DNA from: a bacterium
GTDB lineage: Bacteria; Patescibacteriota; Saccharimonadia; Saccharimonadales; SZUA-47
Assembly: GCA_037138655.1 (NCBI GenBank)
Contig: JBAXHY010000001.1
Location: 6,221 to 70,220, forward strand
DNA length: 64,000 nt
Reading direction: 5' to 3'
The first letter of the stretch is position 1; each line of letters starts with the position of its first letter. The notes under the pieces are model-generated. The model was not told where the DNA came from. It made no database searches and saw only the letters and a program-made list of their open reading frames with translations. A program made the position numbers and the translations under genes. Below, in pieces: positions 38,407-47,610 of this stretch.

Positions 38407-39894
38407 GGTATTCAAAAAGTCTGCTGCGCGGTATCCTATAATACGTCGCCTATCTTCGTTCATGCGTTTTAACATAACTACAGTGGTGTTCATGTGAGTA
38501 TTTTTAGACAATGATTCGCTGTGTTTTTCTATAAAACCCCAATACAAACCGTCCCAAATATCGCACCAATCGTCTTTTTCATAATGGCTCATCTGCAAAA
38601 TATAATTACTACCACTAATATTGGGCTTTACTGTCATACCGCCCCCTTCACCGTCAGAAAACTGACTCATTCCGTAAACACCAGGAACTACTGCCCAATC
38701 GTAAGCATCAATAGTCATTTCCATAAACCATTGATAAACTTCATTTGGATTTATCTGTGATAAAAACATAATGTTGCCTATTATCATCAGGCGTTCAACA
38801 TGATGTAAATAACTACGCGCCTGCACCTTTTTAATAACGTCGTCAACTGGCGGAATTCCTGTAGTACCTTCATACCAATCCTGCGTTAGACTTCGTTTAT
38901 GCTCGTAATTATTGCTAGACCTTAAAGACACTCCTTGGGTTTGATACACCGCTCTGGTGTATTCTCGCCATCCCAATACTTGCCTTACAAATGATTCAAG
39001 ACTTGGAAGATTTACTGGTGATTTTTCGTGTCTTTGAATCGCCAAATCTACAACCTGTTTTGGAGTAAGCAAGCCTGTGTTTAATGCAGAAGAAATTGCA
39101 CTATGGTATGACCAAGGCGCTGTTCCGTCTATAGCTTCTTGGTACAATCCAAAATCTTCTAACCTATTTTTTAAAAATTCATTTAACCAAACCTCGGCTT
39201 CTTCATGGTTTGTTGCCCAGTTAAATTCCGAATCTACGCCTGGGTTATTAGGAAAGTTTTTTGCCACATAATGTCTGGCTTCTTCAACAAATTCATTACT
39301 TCCGTAAACTTCAAAAGTCGGTAATGTATGTTCTTTTGGTAGGCGTTTTCGGCTTTCTTGATCAAAGCTCCATTTTCCTCCGACTGGCTTATAGTTATCG
39401 TCAATTAATACATTAAACCGTTCGCGTTGCCACTGATAAAAATCCAAAAAAGGTTTGTTTTTTGATGAGCTTAAATAGTCTGTAACTTCTTGTTTTGTTA
39501 AATAAAAATTTGGAGTGTCTAAAAATTGAAGTTTTGGAATTTCTGGGATAGTATTAGCCGCTACCTGAAGTCTTCTTTGAAGTACATCGTCTACTACGTC
39601 AAAAACTGTTGCGCTCTCATAACCATGCAATCGCTGCAATATGTCACCACTATCTACAATATCTTTAAATTCGATATATTCTACTTCGTACCCTGCTGGC
39701 CATAAAACTTCTTTTATATAGCGCCGCATACTTGCCCTATGCAATATAAGTTTTTGCTTATGAAAAAATACTGGGTACTTTTGGTCTGTGCCAAAATACA
39801 ATGGATCTTCGATTAAAAATATAGTGCCAACGCCTTGCGGTAGATACTCTTTTTTAAATAATTGGTGAGGATAAATTAAATGTGCTGATTTCAT
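38386..39894 (-). CDS. Cryptochrome/photolyase-family protein of the FeS-BCP / COG3046 (bacterial (6-4) photolyase PhrB/CryB-like) type, apparently without the Fe-S cysteine ligands
   Basis: N-terminal pattern (IYPHQLF...FFHKQKLILHRASMRRYIKE) typical of COG3046. About 500 aa. Only one Cys in the whole protein. Confidence 0.6.
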   Translation of the reverse strand: MKSAHLIYPHQLFKKEYLPQGVGTIFLIEDPLYFGTDQKYPVFFHKQKLILHRASMRRYIKEVLWPAGYEVEYIEFKDIVDSGDILQRLHGYESATVFDVVDDVLQRRLQVAANTIPEIPKLQFLDTPNFYLTKQEVTDYLSSSKNKPFLDFYQWQRERFNVLIDDNYKPVGGKWSFDQESRKRLPKEHTLPTFEVYGSNEFVEEARHYVAKNFPNNPGVDSEFNWATNHEEAEVWLNEFLKNRLEDFGLYQEAIDGTAPWSYHSAISSALNTGLLTPKQVVDLAIQRHEKSPVNLPSLESFVRQVLGWREYTRAVYQTQGVSLRSSNNYEHKRSLTQDWYEGTTGIPPVDDVIKKVQARSYLHHVERLMIIGNIMFLSQINPNEVYQWFMEMTIDAYDWAVVPGVYGMSQFSDGEGGGMTVKPNISGSNYILQMSHYEKDDWCDIWDGLYWGFIEKHSESLSKNTHMNTTVVMLKRMNEDRRRIIGYRAADFLNTKTKTAP

Positions 39895-39924
39895 TACTTA
39901 CCATTGTGACATAAGCGTAATGAT

Positions 39925-41592
39925 TTACATAGATTCTGGTGCTTGAATGCCCAACAATTCTAAGCCTGTCTTTAAAACTTCGGCGTAGGTTTTAAGCAAC
40001 CCAACCTTTTGGGCTTCGCGGTCCGACCCAATTACTTTTTCGTTTTCATAAAATCTATTAAACACCTGGGTAAGTTCGTACAAGTAGGTACAGATATGAT
40101 GAGGCATTAGTTCGTACAGTACAACACTTATTACTTCTGGGAATTCGCTTACTTTTAGCGCAAGTGTTCGTTCGTGATCTGTAAAGTCAGTTGGCGACTC
40201 AGCTTTTTGTGTCGCTTTTTGCAAAATAGAACTTGCTCGTGCGTAGGCGTATTGTAAGTACGGACCACTGTTGCCGGCAACACTCACAGATTCTGCAGGG
40301 TCGTAAATAATGTCGCTACCAATACGCTGTTTTAAGAATGCATACTTTACAGCGCCCAATACAACCGACTTGTCGTCTTTGCCGCTTTGTTCTTGGTTAG
40401 CAGAACTTGCAGCTTCTAAAATATCTACAGCTCGCAGTATGTTGCCTTTACGGCTACTCATTTTTACGCCACCAGGTAGCTTAATAACTCCATGAGTTAA
40501 ATGAGTAGTACGTTCTGTGGCTTCTGGGTAAAAATTCGACAATACCTTCATTACTACTTTCATGTACTGTTCTATGTCGTTAGCTGTAATAATAAAACTT
40601 TGGTCAAATTTATAATCTTGCCATTTTGTTGCAGCCAAACCCAAATCTTTTGCTTCATAGGTTGGCAAACCATTACTATTCATAAATACGCGAGTATGAA
40701 GACCAAATTCTTCGCCCTTAAATACAACTGCGCCATCTGATTTTTCAAAAATGTTATCTTGCAGACCTTTGTTTACTATTTCTATACCAAGCGGCGTTAC
40801 TTCGCTTTCTGGCATATATTTTTCGAACGGCTGTATTTGAAGCTGCTCATATAATTTATCAAATCCTTCATAGCTCCATGTGCGACACGTCCAGTATATT
40901 TGCCCAAACGTGCTTTCATGATCTTTGGCTGTGTGAAGTTCGTACACTTTTTTATTTAATACAATTATTAACTGTTTAGCCTCTTCATTGGTTTCATAGG
41001 CTTCGTTACCTTCTACATACCTAGTGCTTAGCCATTCGAGTCTAGATTCTTTGTCTACGGATTGGAGTTTATCTGGATTTTCCCCGCCTAGTTCTTGCAA
41101 AATCGCCCACATAGTTTTGCCAACATGCAGTCCAACATCACCCCCAAAGTTGACTCTATGAACATTAGCACCGGCCGCTTGTAAAACATTTGCCACTACA
41201 TCACCTACAATACTGGTATACAAATGTCCGGCGTGAAGAACCTTAAAAGGGTTTGGGTCTGAATATTCTGCTACGACTACTTTGTCTTTTAGCGTCTGCT
41301 GGATTTTGGTACTGCTTTTAAGTAAATCTACTATTGCATTGTCTGCAAGACGAATGTTTAAAAACCCTGGACCTGCGACTGTTGCTTCAAAAATAGAACT
41401 ATTTGTTAATATTTCTGCAGAAATTTGCTCTGCTAATTCTTTGGGGTTTTTATTAAGTGAACCAGCAAGTTGCATAGCAACATTACTAGCAAAATCGCCA
41501 AAACGACTGTCAGGACGAGACAATACAATTTCTACATCCAATTTGTACAAATTATTTATTGCTTCTTTTAATATACTTTTTAATTGATCCAT
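39925..41592 (-). CDS. argS: Arginine--tRNA ligase
   Basis: HIGH-type motif (LHAGHLYTSIVGD), anticodon-binding DALR domain, 555 aa. Confidence 0.9.
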   Translation of the reverse strand: MDQLKSILKEAINNLYKLDVEIVLSRPDSRFGDFASNVAMQLAGSLNKNPKELAEQISAEILTNSSIFEATVAGPGFLNIRLADNAIVDLLKSSTKIQQTLKDKVVVAEYSDPNPFKVLHAGHLYTSIVGDVVANVLQAAGANVHRVNFGGDVGLHVGKTMWAILQELGGENPDKLQSVDKESRLEWLSTRYVEGNEAYETNEEAKQLIIVLNKKVYELHTAKDHESTFGQIYWTCRTWSYEGFDKLYEQLQIQPFEKYMPESEVTPLGIEIVNKGLQDNIFEKSDGAVVFKGEEFGLHTRVFMNSNGLPTYEAKDLGLAATKWQDYKFDQSFIITANDIEQYMKVVMKVLSNFYPEATERTTHLTHGVIKLPGGVKMSSRKGNILRAVDILEAASSANQEQSGKDDKSVVLGAVKYAFLKQRIGSDIIYDPAESVSVAGNSGPYLQYAYARASSILQKATQKAESPTDFTDHERTLALKVSEFPEVISVVLYELMPHHICTYLYELTQVFNRFYENEKVIGSDREAQKVGLLKTYAEVLKTGLELLGIQAPESM

Positions 41593-41765
41593 ATTAGTTC
41601 TATTCTATCTTATTAACTCAAAAACATACACGTCCAACTTCTTAAAGACAATAATATTGACTTACTTGGCTGCGGGATTTTACATAAAACTTACCTCTGT
41701 TTTAATGGTATACTTGGCTAATGGACAGATTACTAAATAAAATTGGTAGCACTGTAAGGGGCTGG

Positions 41766-42350
41766 ATGATTATTCCGGCAAAAGTATTAAATAGTCTATC
41801 TGGTGGACTCATAAAACCTAACCACATTACACTTGTTTCGTTACTTGGTCATATTTTAGTAATTTGGGCACTTTGGTACAGTCGACCTATATTAGCAGCT
41901 GTTTTATTGGCATTTTTTGGACTTATGGACAGCCTTGATGGTGCGTTAGCAAGATTGCAAAAAACAGCCTCGTTAAATGGAATGCTATACGACGCATCCA
42001 GCGATAGAGCTAAAGAAGTTCTTATATATGTAGGGCTAACTCAGTACGTTTTTGTTCATACAAACGACTTCATTTGGTTACCTGCGGCAGTTTTAGGTGG
42101 ATCGCTTGTTGTTAGTTACATAAAAGCCAAGGGTGAAATGGCACTTGCTAGTGTTAAAAAACACGATAAACAAATGCTTAACAAAATTTTTGCAGATGGA
42201 ATAGCCAGATACGAAGTCAGAATGGCAATTGTTGTTTTTGGCTTACTGGCTGGGCAAATAATTTTATCGCTATGGTTGTTGCTGGTACTTGTTGGATACA
42301 CTGCCCTGCAAAGAATTGTTCGCATATCTAGGGCTTTAAATAATGTATAA
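41766..42350 (+). CDS. CDP-alcohol phosphatidyltransferase family protein
   Basis: Signature DSLDGALARLQKTASLNGMLYDASSDR (D-x2-DG-x2-AR-...-G-x3-D-x3-D). Start moved to ATG 41766 (RBS AAGGGG), because the upstream ATG 41721 overlaps the -10 box. Confidence 0.8.
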   Translation: MIIPAKVLNSLSGGLIKPNHITLVSLLGHILVIWALWYSRPILAAVLLAFFGLMDSLDGALARLQKTASLNGMLYDASSDRAKEVLIYVGLTQYVFVHTNDFIWLPAAVLGGSLVVSYIKAKGEMALASVKKHDKQMLNKIFADGIARYEVRMAIVVFGLLAGQIILSLWLLLVLVGYTALQRIVRISRALNNV

Positions 42351-42996
42351 GGTCGACCTTCATACTCATTCTGTTGCTTCACCAGACGGAGGAATATCAC
42401 CAGAACAATATGCAAAAATATTAGAATCCGAAAAACTAGATTATATTGCAATCACCGACCACGACAGAATAGATTTTGCTTTAGGACTACAAAAAGCTCT
42501 TGGTGACCGTATTATCGTTGGGCAAGAAATAACTACTTCAGAAGGAGAGCTAATCGGTCTTTTTTTAAAAAGTCGCATTACTCCTAATTTATCTGCCCTA
42601 GAAACAGCGCATGCCATAAAAGATCAAGGTGGCTTAGTATACGTACCTCACCCGTTCGAGATTGTCCGAAAAGGCATTCAAATAGACAACCTCCAAAAAA
42701 TTACCGAACTTGTTGATATTATCGAAATTCATAATGGTCGAGCCCTTAATAACAAGCACTCATTAAAAGCAGCAACATGGGCAAAACTAAACAACAAATC
42801 TGGTGCATCAAGCAGCGACGCTCATGGATATAAAGGCTTGGGTTATAGCTACAGCGTCCTTAAAGAAGTCCCGGCAAGAGGCTCATTGGTTAGTAGCCTT
42901 AATATGACCGCATTGGCTCACAGACGCGCACCAGTCACTACATTTTTGTACCCCAAACTTAACCGCTTAGGCAAAAAAATAGGGATTAAAAAATAA
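42343..42996 (+). CDS. PHP-domain (polymerase/histidinol phosphatase-like) metal-dependent phosphoesterase
   Basis: N-terminal DLHTHS...AITDHD PHP motifs; overlaps the upstream gene by 8 nt and the downstream gene by the ATGA arrangement. Confidence 0.75.
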   Translation: MYKVDLHTHSVASPDGGISPEQYAKILESEKLDYIAITDHDRIDFALGLQKALGDRIIVGQEITTSEGELIGLFLKSRITPNLSALETAHAIKDQGGLVYVPHPFEIVRKGIQIDNLQKITELVDIIEIHNGRALNNKHSLKAATWAKLNNKSGASSSDAHGYKGLGYSYSVLKEVPARGSLVSSLNMTALAHRRAPVTTFLYPKLNRLGKKIGIKK

Positions 42997-43553
42997 TGTT
43001 AAATCATTTATTGTTTGGACTTTGGTATTTTTTACCTGCTGGTTTTGCTAATGCGGCTCCTGTTTTTGCTAAAAAAATTCCCCTGTTAAATAAGCTTGAT
43101 ATGCCAATTGATTGTCATAAATCTTTTAAAGGAAAACGTATTTTTGGTGACCATAAAACTGTAAGAGGTTTTGTTGCGGGCACACTAATAGGATCTGTCA
43201 CCGGACTGTTGCAATACGTTGCCTACTTTCATTTTGGATGGTTTCAGAATTTTAGTTTAGTTATATACACAAGTGTCTGGCAATGCCTTTTATTGGGCGC
43301 TCTGCTTGGTTTTGGTGCATTATTTGGCGATGCAGTTAAAAGCTTTTTTAAAAGACAATTTTCTGTTCCTTCCGGAAAAGCTTGGTTTCCTTTTGACCAA
43401 ATAGACTACATTATTGGGGGCTTACTGTTTGGTTCTATATTAATAGACTTGCCTCATTCAGAATACATCTGGATTGTACTGGTTTGGTTTTTAATACACC
43501 CATTGGCAACATTTATAGGATGGCTAATGGGATTAAAAGACTCGCCAATTTAA
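42996..43553 (+). CDS. CDP-archaeol synthase (CarS, DUF46)-like CTP:lipid-phosphate cytidylyltransferase
   Basis: 185 aa, 5 predicted TM helices. N-terminal FLPAGFANAAPV...FGDHKTVRGF and C-terminal GDAVKSFFKRQ...FDQIDYIIGG match my recollection of archaeal CarS signatures, but no database comparison could be run. The bacterial CdsA C-terminal PGHGG/DRxDS signature is absent. Confidence 0.6.
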   Translation: MLNHLLFGLWYFLPAGFANAAPVFAKKIPLLNKLDMPIDCHKSFKGKRIFGDHKTVRGFVAGTLIGSVTGLLQYVAYFHFGWFQNFSLVIYTSVWQCLLLGALLGFGALFGDAVKSFFKRQFSVPSGKAWFPFDQIDYIIGGLLFGSILIDLPHSEYIWIVLVWFLIHPLATFIGWLMGLKDSPI

Positions 43554-43554
43554 A

Positions 43555-44223
43555 CTAATATTTGTAAATAAATTGCGGGTAATCTTCGAGCTTTTCTAGC
43601 TTAACTTTATATGCAGCTAGTTGTTGGTTTAACGAAAATTCGTTTCCTGATGTTAGACCGTAAGTTATAAAAGGCTCAAGTACGTTAAATCCACAATATG
43701 CTAAAGTCCCGTGTAATAACGGGTATAACATTTGTTGGACTGTCGCCCTGTGTACGCCGCCGCTTTGATAATATTTTTCTTCGTCACCTACCGTTACAGT
43801 TACTCCGGCAATTTTTCCTCTGTAAAGTCCTGTGCTAAACATATGGTTAGCGTCCCATGCTGTTCCTTTTGTAAGAACGCGGTCAAACCAACCTTTTAAG
43901 ATTGCAGGTGGTGCATTCCACCAAAGTGGAAAATGAAACAAAATAACGTCTGCTGCTTGTACTTTTTGAATTTCGTCTACGATGTCTGGAGAATAAGCCA
44001 AATCTTGCTTAGAAGCAGCTTCTTGTTCGTTAAGGTAGTTATAATGTTTACCTGTAAGAGTTCTAAAATCGTATTTTTCGGCAACAGGGTTAAAACCTAC
44101 TCCGTGCAAATCCGATACAACTACGTTATGACCGGCAAGACTTAAAACTTCTTGGGCGACATTATTAAGAGCAGCTGTATACGAAGTCGGTTCTATATGT
44201 GCGTAAACCAGCAAAATGTTCAT
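43555..44223 (-). CDS. NAD(P)H dehydrogenase (quinone)/flavodoxin-like fold protein
   Basis: Flavodoxin_2-like N-terminus (MNILLVYAHxEP..S); start moved to 44223. Confidence 0.65.
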   Translation of the reverse strand: MNILLVYAHIEPTSYTAALNNVAQEVLSLAGHNVVVSDLHGVGFNPVAEKYDFRTLTGKHYNYLNEQEAASKQDLAYSPDIVDEIQKVQAADVILFHFPLWWNAPPAILKGWFDRVLTKGTAWDANHMFSTGLYRGKIAGVTVTVGDEEKYYQSGGVHRATVQQMLYPLLHGTLAYCGFNVLEPFITYGLTSGNEFSLNQQLAAYKVKLEKLEDYPQFIYKY

Positions 44224-44271
44224 GCTTACTATTATATATCTATTTGCCCAGATTAGTTCATAAACGAACAA

Positions 44272-45060
44272 TTATCTAGACGATTGTGCTCGATGAACAA
44301 TAGCTCTTACTGTGCGGCGAGGCAATAATCTTACAGCGTATGCACCAAACTTGTTTCCGGCACCATGAATAGCGACTACCTTGCCGCGCTTCATTGCCCT
44401 GTAGCCATACCTAGCAACTGTTGCAGCAGTAGGTAGTTTTTTTCCTTGTACTAATTTAGAGCCAGACATAATTGCTGCTTCCTGAAATTTACTTGCAGTA
44501 GGTCCTGGGCAAAGAGCTGTTACGCGTACTCCCTTTTTATGTAGTTCGGTAGCGATTGCCTCTGTAAAATGCAGAACATACGACTTGGTAGCATAATAAA
44601 CGGCCATTAAAGGTCCGGGCTGAAAAGCTGCAGTACTCGCAACATTTACAATGTGCCCGCGGCCTAACTTTTCAAATTGCTCTGCGTACACCTTGCTTAG
44701 ATACGTTAAAGCCATAACATTAAGATTTATCATGTCTTGTTCTTTTTGCCACGACGTAGTAATAAAACTTCCATAATCGCCAGATCCTGCGTGATTAATT
44801 AAATACATAACGTTAAGCTGTTCACTTTTAGTGTAGCCATGCAAGGTCTCTGCATTTGCTAATACCGTTAAGTCCAGTGACAATATACGAACATCAATAT
44901 TAAAACCTTCACGTAGCTCTTTAGAAACTTGCTCAAGTTCTGCCTTGCCGCGTGCAACCAAAACAAGATTAACTGCGTCTGCTGCAAATAATCTAGCAAA
45001 CTCCAAGCCTATACCACTTGTAGCACCGGTAATAACTGCATACGCATTATCATTATTCAT
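44272..45060 (-). CDS. Short-chain dehydrogenase/reductase (SDR)
   Basis: TGATSGIG cofactor motif, YxxxK catalytic region. Confidence 0.8.
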   Translation of the reverse strand: MNNDNAYAVITGATSGIGLEFARLFAADAVNLVLVARGKAELEQVSKELREGFNIDVRILSLDLTVLANAETLHGYTKSEQLNVMYLINHAGSGDYGSFITTSWQKEQDMINLNVMALTYLSKVYAEQFEKLGRGHIVNVASTAAFQPGPLMAVYYATKSYVLHFTEAIATELHKKGVRVTALCPGPTASKFQEAAIMSGSKLVQGKKLPTAATVARYGYRAMKRGKVVAIHGAGNKFGAYAVRLLPRRTVRAIVHRAQSSR

Positions 45061-45118
45061 ATTAATAACTATACCAGAGCGCTTAAGCTAAACAACTTAC
45101 TAGCGTATTTAAACTAAT

Positions 45119-45559
45119 TTAAGCACCGATAGGTTCGAAAGTCTTTTTAAGCACAGTTAATCGCATATCTGCAATCTTCCAGCGACCGGCAACTTTTTTA
45201 AAGGTGTACTTATAGACACCGCTCATTTTCATGACGTATCGTGTGTTTCCCTTAGCGGTGTAATATCTTGCTTCTACTTCGCTTTCGGCTTCAACTTCTT
45301 TTTTGCCTGTTCGTTCGATTTTCATGCCACCAATAACTTTTTGTTTGGCGCTATAATACAAGTCACGCACAATTCGACGCCAATTATATATTGCCATCGA
45401 ACTAGGTCTTTGACCTGGTAACTGATCTGTTAATGCTTCGTCGTCGATAAACGGCTTTTCTACAAAATATTGCTCTAATTTATCCCATTGACCTTGATCT
45501 TGGTAAAGTAAAACCTGGTGAATTAACTCGGTAATGTGGGTTTGTACTGCTGAACTCAT
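45119..45559 (-). CDS. NTF2-like/SnoaL-like fold hypothetical protein, CIRCE-associated
   Basis: 146 aa after the start is moved to ATG 45559 (RBS AAGAGGGGA); a CIRCE element lies 58 nt upstream. Confidence 0.45.
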   Translation of the reverse strand: MSSAVQTHITELIHQVLLYQDQGQWDKLEQYFVEKPFIDDEALTDQLPGQRPSSMAIYNWRRIVRDLYYSAKQKVIGGMKIERTGKKEVEAESEVEARYYTAKGNTRYVMKMSGVYKYTFKKVAGRWKIADMRLTVLKKTFEPIGA

Positions 45560-45617
45560 GAATGTCCCCTCTTTCTTGTCAGTTCTTATACTAACACATT
45601 TAATTGTAGTCTGAGTT

Positions 45618-45644
45618 TTAGCACTCGTCAAGTGTGAGTGCTAA
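45618..45644. promoter_or_regulatory. CIRCE operator (HrcA binding site), perfect inverted repeat
   Basis: TTAGCACTC-gtcaagtgt-GAGTGCTAA, an exact match to the CIRCE consensus TTAGCACTC-N9-GAGTGCTAA. Confidence 0.75.
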
Positions 45645-45670
45645 ATAACAGATATGTTAAACTTATTATT

Positions 45671-46138
45671 ATGGCTAATAAAGTTCGAATAATAGTAGTT
45701 GGTAAAGCGCATGATAAATTGTTCCTTGCAGCTATATCAGAATACGAAAAACGCATAAACCCGTATTTAAAAATACAGTGGTTAATAATACCTCCCAAAA
45801 CTGAAGCAACAATCGTCCAAACTGTTACCTCCGAAAGTAATTATATTCTTGCAAACTTAAAGGAAGCTGAATATGTATTTTTGCTAGACGAACACGGCAC
45901 ACAAATGACTTCAACCGAATTTAGTGCATCGCTTACGTCTGCACTGTCGGTAAGTAAGGATGTTGCATTTGTTATAGGCGGAGCTTACGGGGTTTCCGAA
46001 ACATTAAAAAATCGAGCAAACAAAATTGTTTCTTTTGGCAAGATGGTAATGCCGCATCAGTTAATGCGCCTTGTGCTTGCAGAACAACTGTACAGATCCA
46101 TTAGCATACAAAATGGAACTGGCTATCATCACGATTAA
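45671..46138 (+). CDS. rlmH: 23S rRNA (pseudouridine1915-N3)-methyltransferase RlmH (SPOUT)
   Basis: 155 aa, SPOUT knot region (VIGGAYG), start at MANKVRII. Confidence 0.75.
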   Translation: MANKVRIIVVGKAHDKLFLAAISEYEKRINPYLKIQWLIIPPKTEATIVQTVTSESNYILANLKEAEYVFLLDEHGTQMTSTEFSASLTSALSVSKDVAFVIGGAYGVSETLKNRANKIVSFGKMVMPHQLMRLVLAEQLYRSISIQNGTGYHHD

Positions 46139-46776
46139 AGATTTTGAACTGTATCAAATAACTTATATGGACTGTCTATCAAAACAGTTGGTGGAGACTT
46201 TTTAAAGCCGTCTGGCCCTGCTACGCCCCAAGAAACTCCTATAACATCTATATCGGCCTTTTTACAAGCAACCGTGTCCCTTGTCTCGTCGCCAACGTAT
46301 ACGACCCCTCTTTTATCTAGAGCAAATTTTTTAATTATTCTTTTTAAGGCTTTATCTTTTCCGAATAAAGTTTTTTCAGAAATAATAAAATCGAACAAAG
46401 GATATTGGTGTGTTTCTAAAAATTCACGCACTAAGTGTTCTTGATTACTAGTTAAAACCCCTAGCCTGTAACCTTTTGCTTTTAAGTTTTCTAGTGCTTC
46501 GATGATTCCGTCGTATGGTTTAACTTCGGACATATGCGAACGCATTTCTTTGCTTATCGTCAAAACCATCGCTGGTAGTCTAGACAGCCTGATGTTTTTT
46601 AACTTCATAGCTTTGGTGTATCCAAGATCTCTTACTGCTTGGCGAAGGCCTGGTAATTCTGACTCTTCGACTGTATCTGCTCCAAACTGTTCGGCGTATT
46701 GATTATACAATCGCACAGCCAGACCTATGCTGTCTGCCAGTGTACCGTCAAAATCAAAAATTACGACTTGTTTCAT
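46135..46776 (-). CDS. HAD-superfamily phosphatase
   Basis: VVIFDFDGTLADS motif I; start moved to 46776. Confidence 0.7.
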   Translation of the reverse strand: MKQVVIFDFDGTLADSIGLAVRLYNQYAEQFGADTVEESELPGLRQAVRDLGYTKAMKLKNIRLSRLPAMVLTISKEMRSHMSEVKPYDGIIEALENLKAKGYRLGVLTSNQEHLVREFLETHQYPLFDFIISEKTLFGKDKALKRIIKKFALDKRGVVYVGDETRDTVACKKADIDVIGVSWGVAGPDGFKKSPPTVLIDSPYKLFDTVQNL

Positions 46777-46831
46777 TTGATATTTATTATACAGCAAATT
46801 TTTTATACATTTACGGTCAAGTATAGTAAAA

Positions 46832-47557
46832 CTACTCTGCTTTTTTGAAGGCTTCTGTTCCTGCAGTGATTGGCATAACAAAACTAAACTTTTTTAACAT
46901 AGTTTCTGTTTGTGAAGGCATTGCTCTAAGTGCATTAATTTTAATGTCATACAGTTCATCTTTTAAACAAAAACAAATATCGCAATCGGTATCTTTATAA
47001 ATTTGAGGCTGATCAATGTTAAAAAACACGTTAAGTTCTTTGTCTGCTACTAGTATGCTTTTATACTGTTCTTCTGTTTGGATCGCATGATAAATTGTAG
47101 CGCTTTTTAAGGCTCTTTTATTGGCCAATCCAGCCCATTCAGAAACAGTTTTATGGTCTAAATGCCCTGTCATTCCGTCGGGCCCAAAGGTCAAAATCGT
47201 ATCTGGACTATAGTCGTTAATAAGTTTCGTAATCTTATCTACTGCACTATTTAAATCTACGTCAACGCAGCACCCATCAGAATAATCAAGCCAATGGTGG
47301 TCGTCGATTCCTAATATTTTTCTTACTTCATTAAGTTCTTCTTCTCTTATTCCGGCAAGCATGTTGGCGGGCCATCTGGATTCATCTTGTACGCCAGCTT
47401 CGCCTTTTGTGGCAGTTATAAAAACTACTTTTTGGCCATTTTGTATTGCCGCAGCCATTATTCCACCAGAAGAATAAGTTTCATCATCTGGGTGAGCCCA
47501 TATGCCCATAATTGTGCCCAGTGTAGCAATATCTTCGATTGTAGTTATAGACTTCAT
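46832..47557 (-). CDS. PIG-L/LmbE family N-acetylglucosaminyl deacetylase
   Basis: AHPDDE motif near the N-terminus, zinc-dependent deacetylase fold length. Confidence 0.7.
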   Translation of the reverse strand: MKSITTIEDIATLGTIMGIWAHPDDETYSSGGIMAAAIQNGQKVVFITATKGEAGVQDESRWPANMLAGIREEELNEVRKILGIDDHHWLDYSDGCCVDVDLNSAVDKITKLINDYSPDTILTFGPDGMTGHLDHKTVSEWAGLANKRALKSATIYHAIQTEEQYKSILVADKELNVFFNIDQPQIYKDTDCDICFCLKDELYDIKINALRAMPSQTETMLKKFSFVMPITAGTEAFKKAE

Positions 47558-47610
47558 TAATTATCATTTTAAACTAGTGTACTCAAACATCAATTATTAA
47601 TAATTTAAAA

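Noticed and set aside
42996-43553. Interpretation of the 185-aa cytidylyltransferase as ordinary bacterial CdsA
   Set aside because: It is too short (CdsA is about 260-290 aa) and lacks the C-terminal PGHGG...DRxDS block of CdsA. The N- and C-terminal blocks instead fit the CarS/DUF46 pattern.
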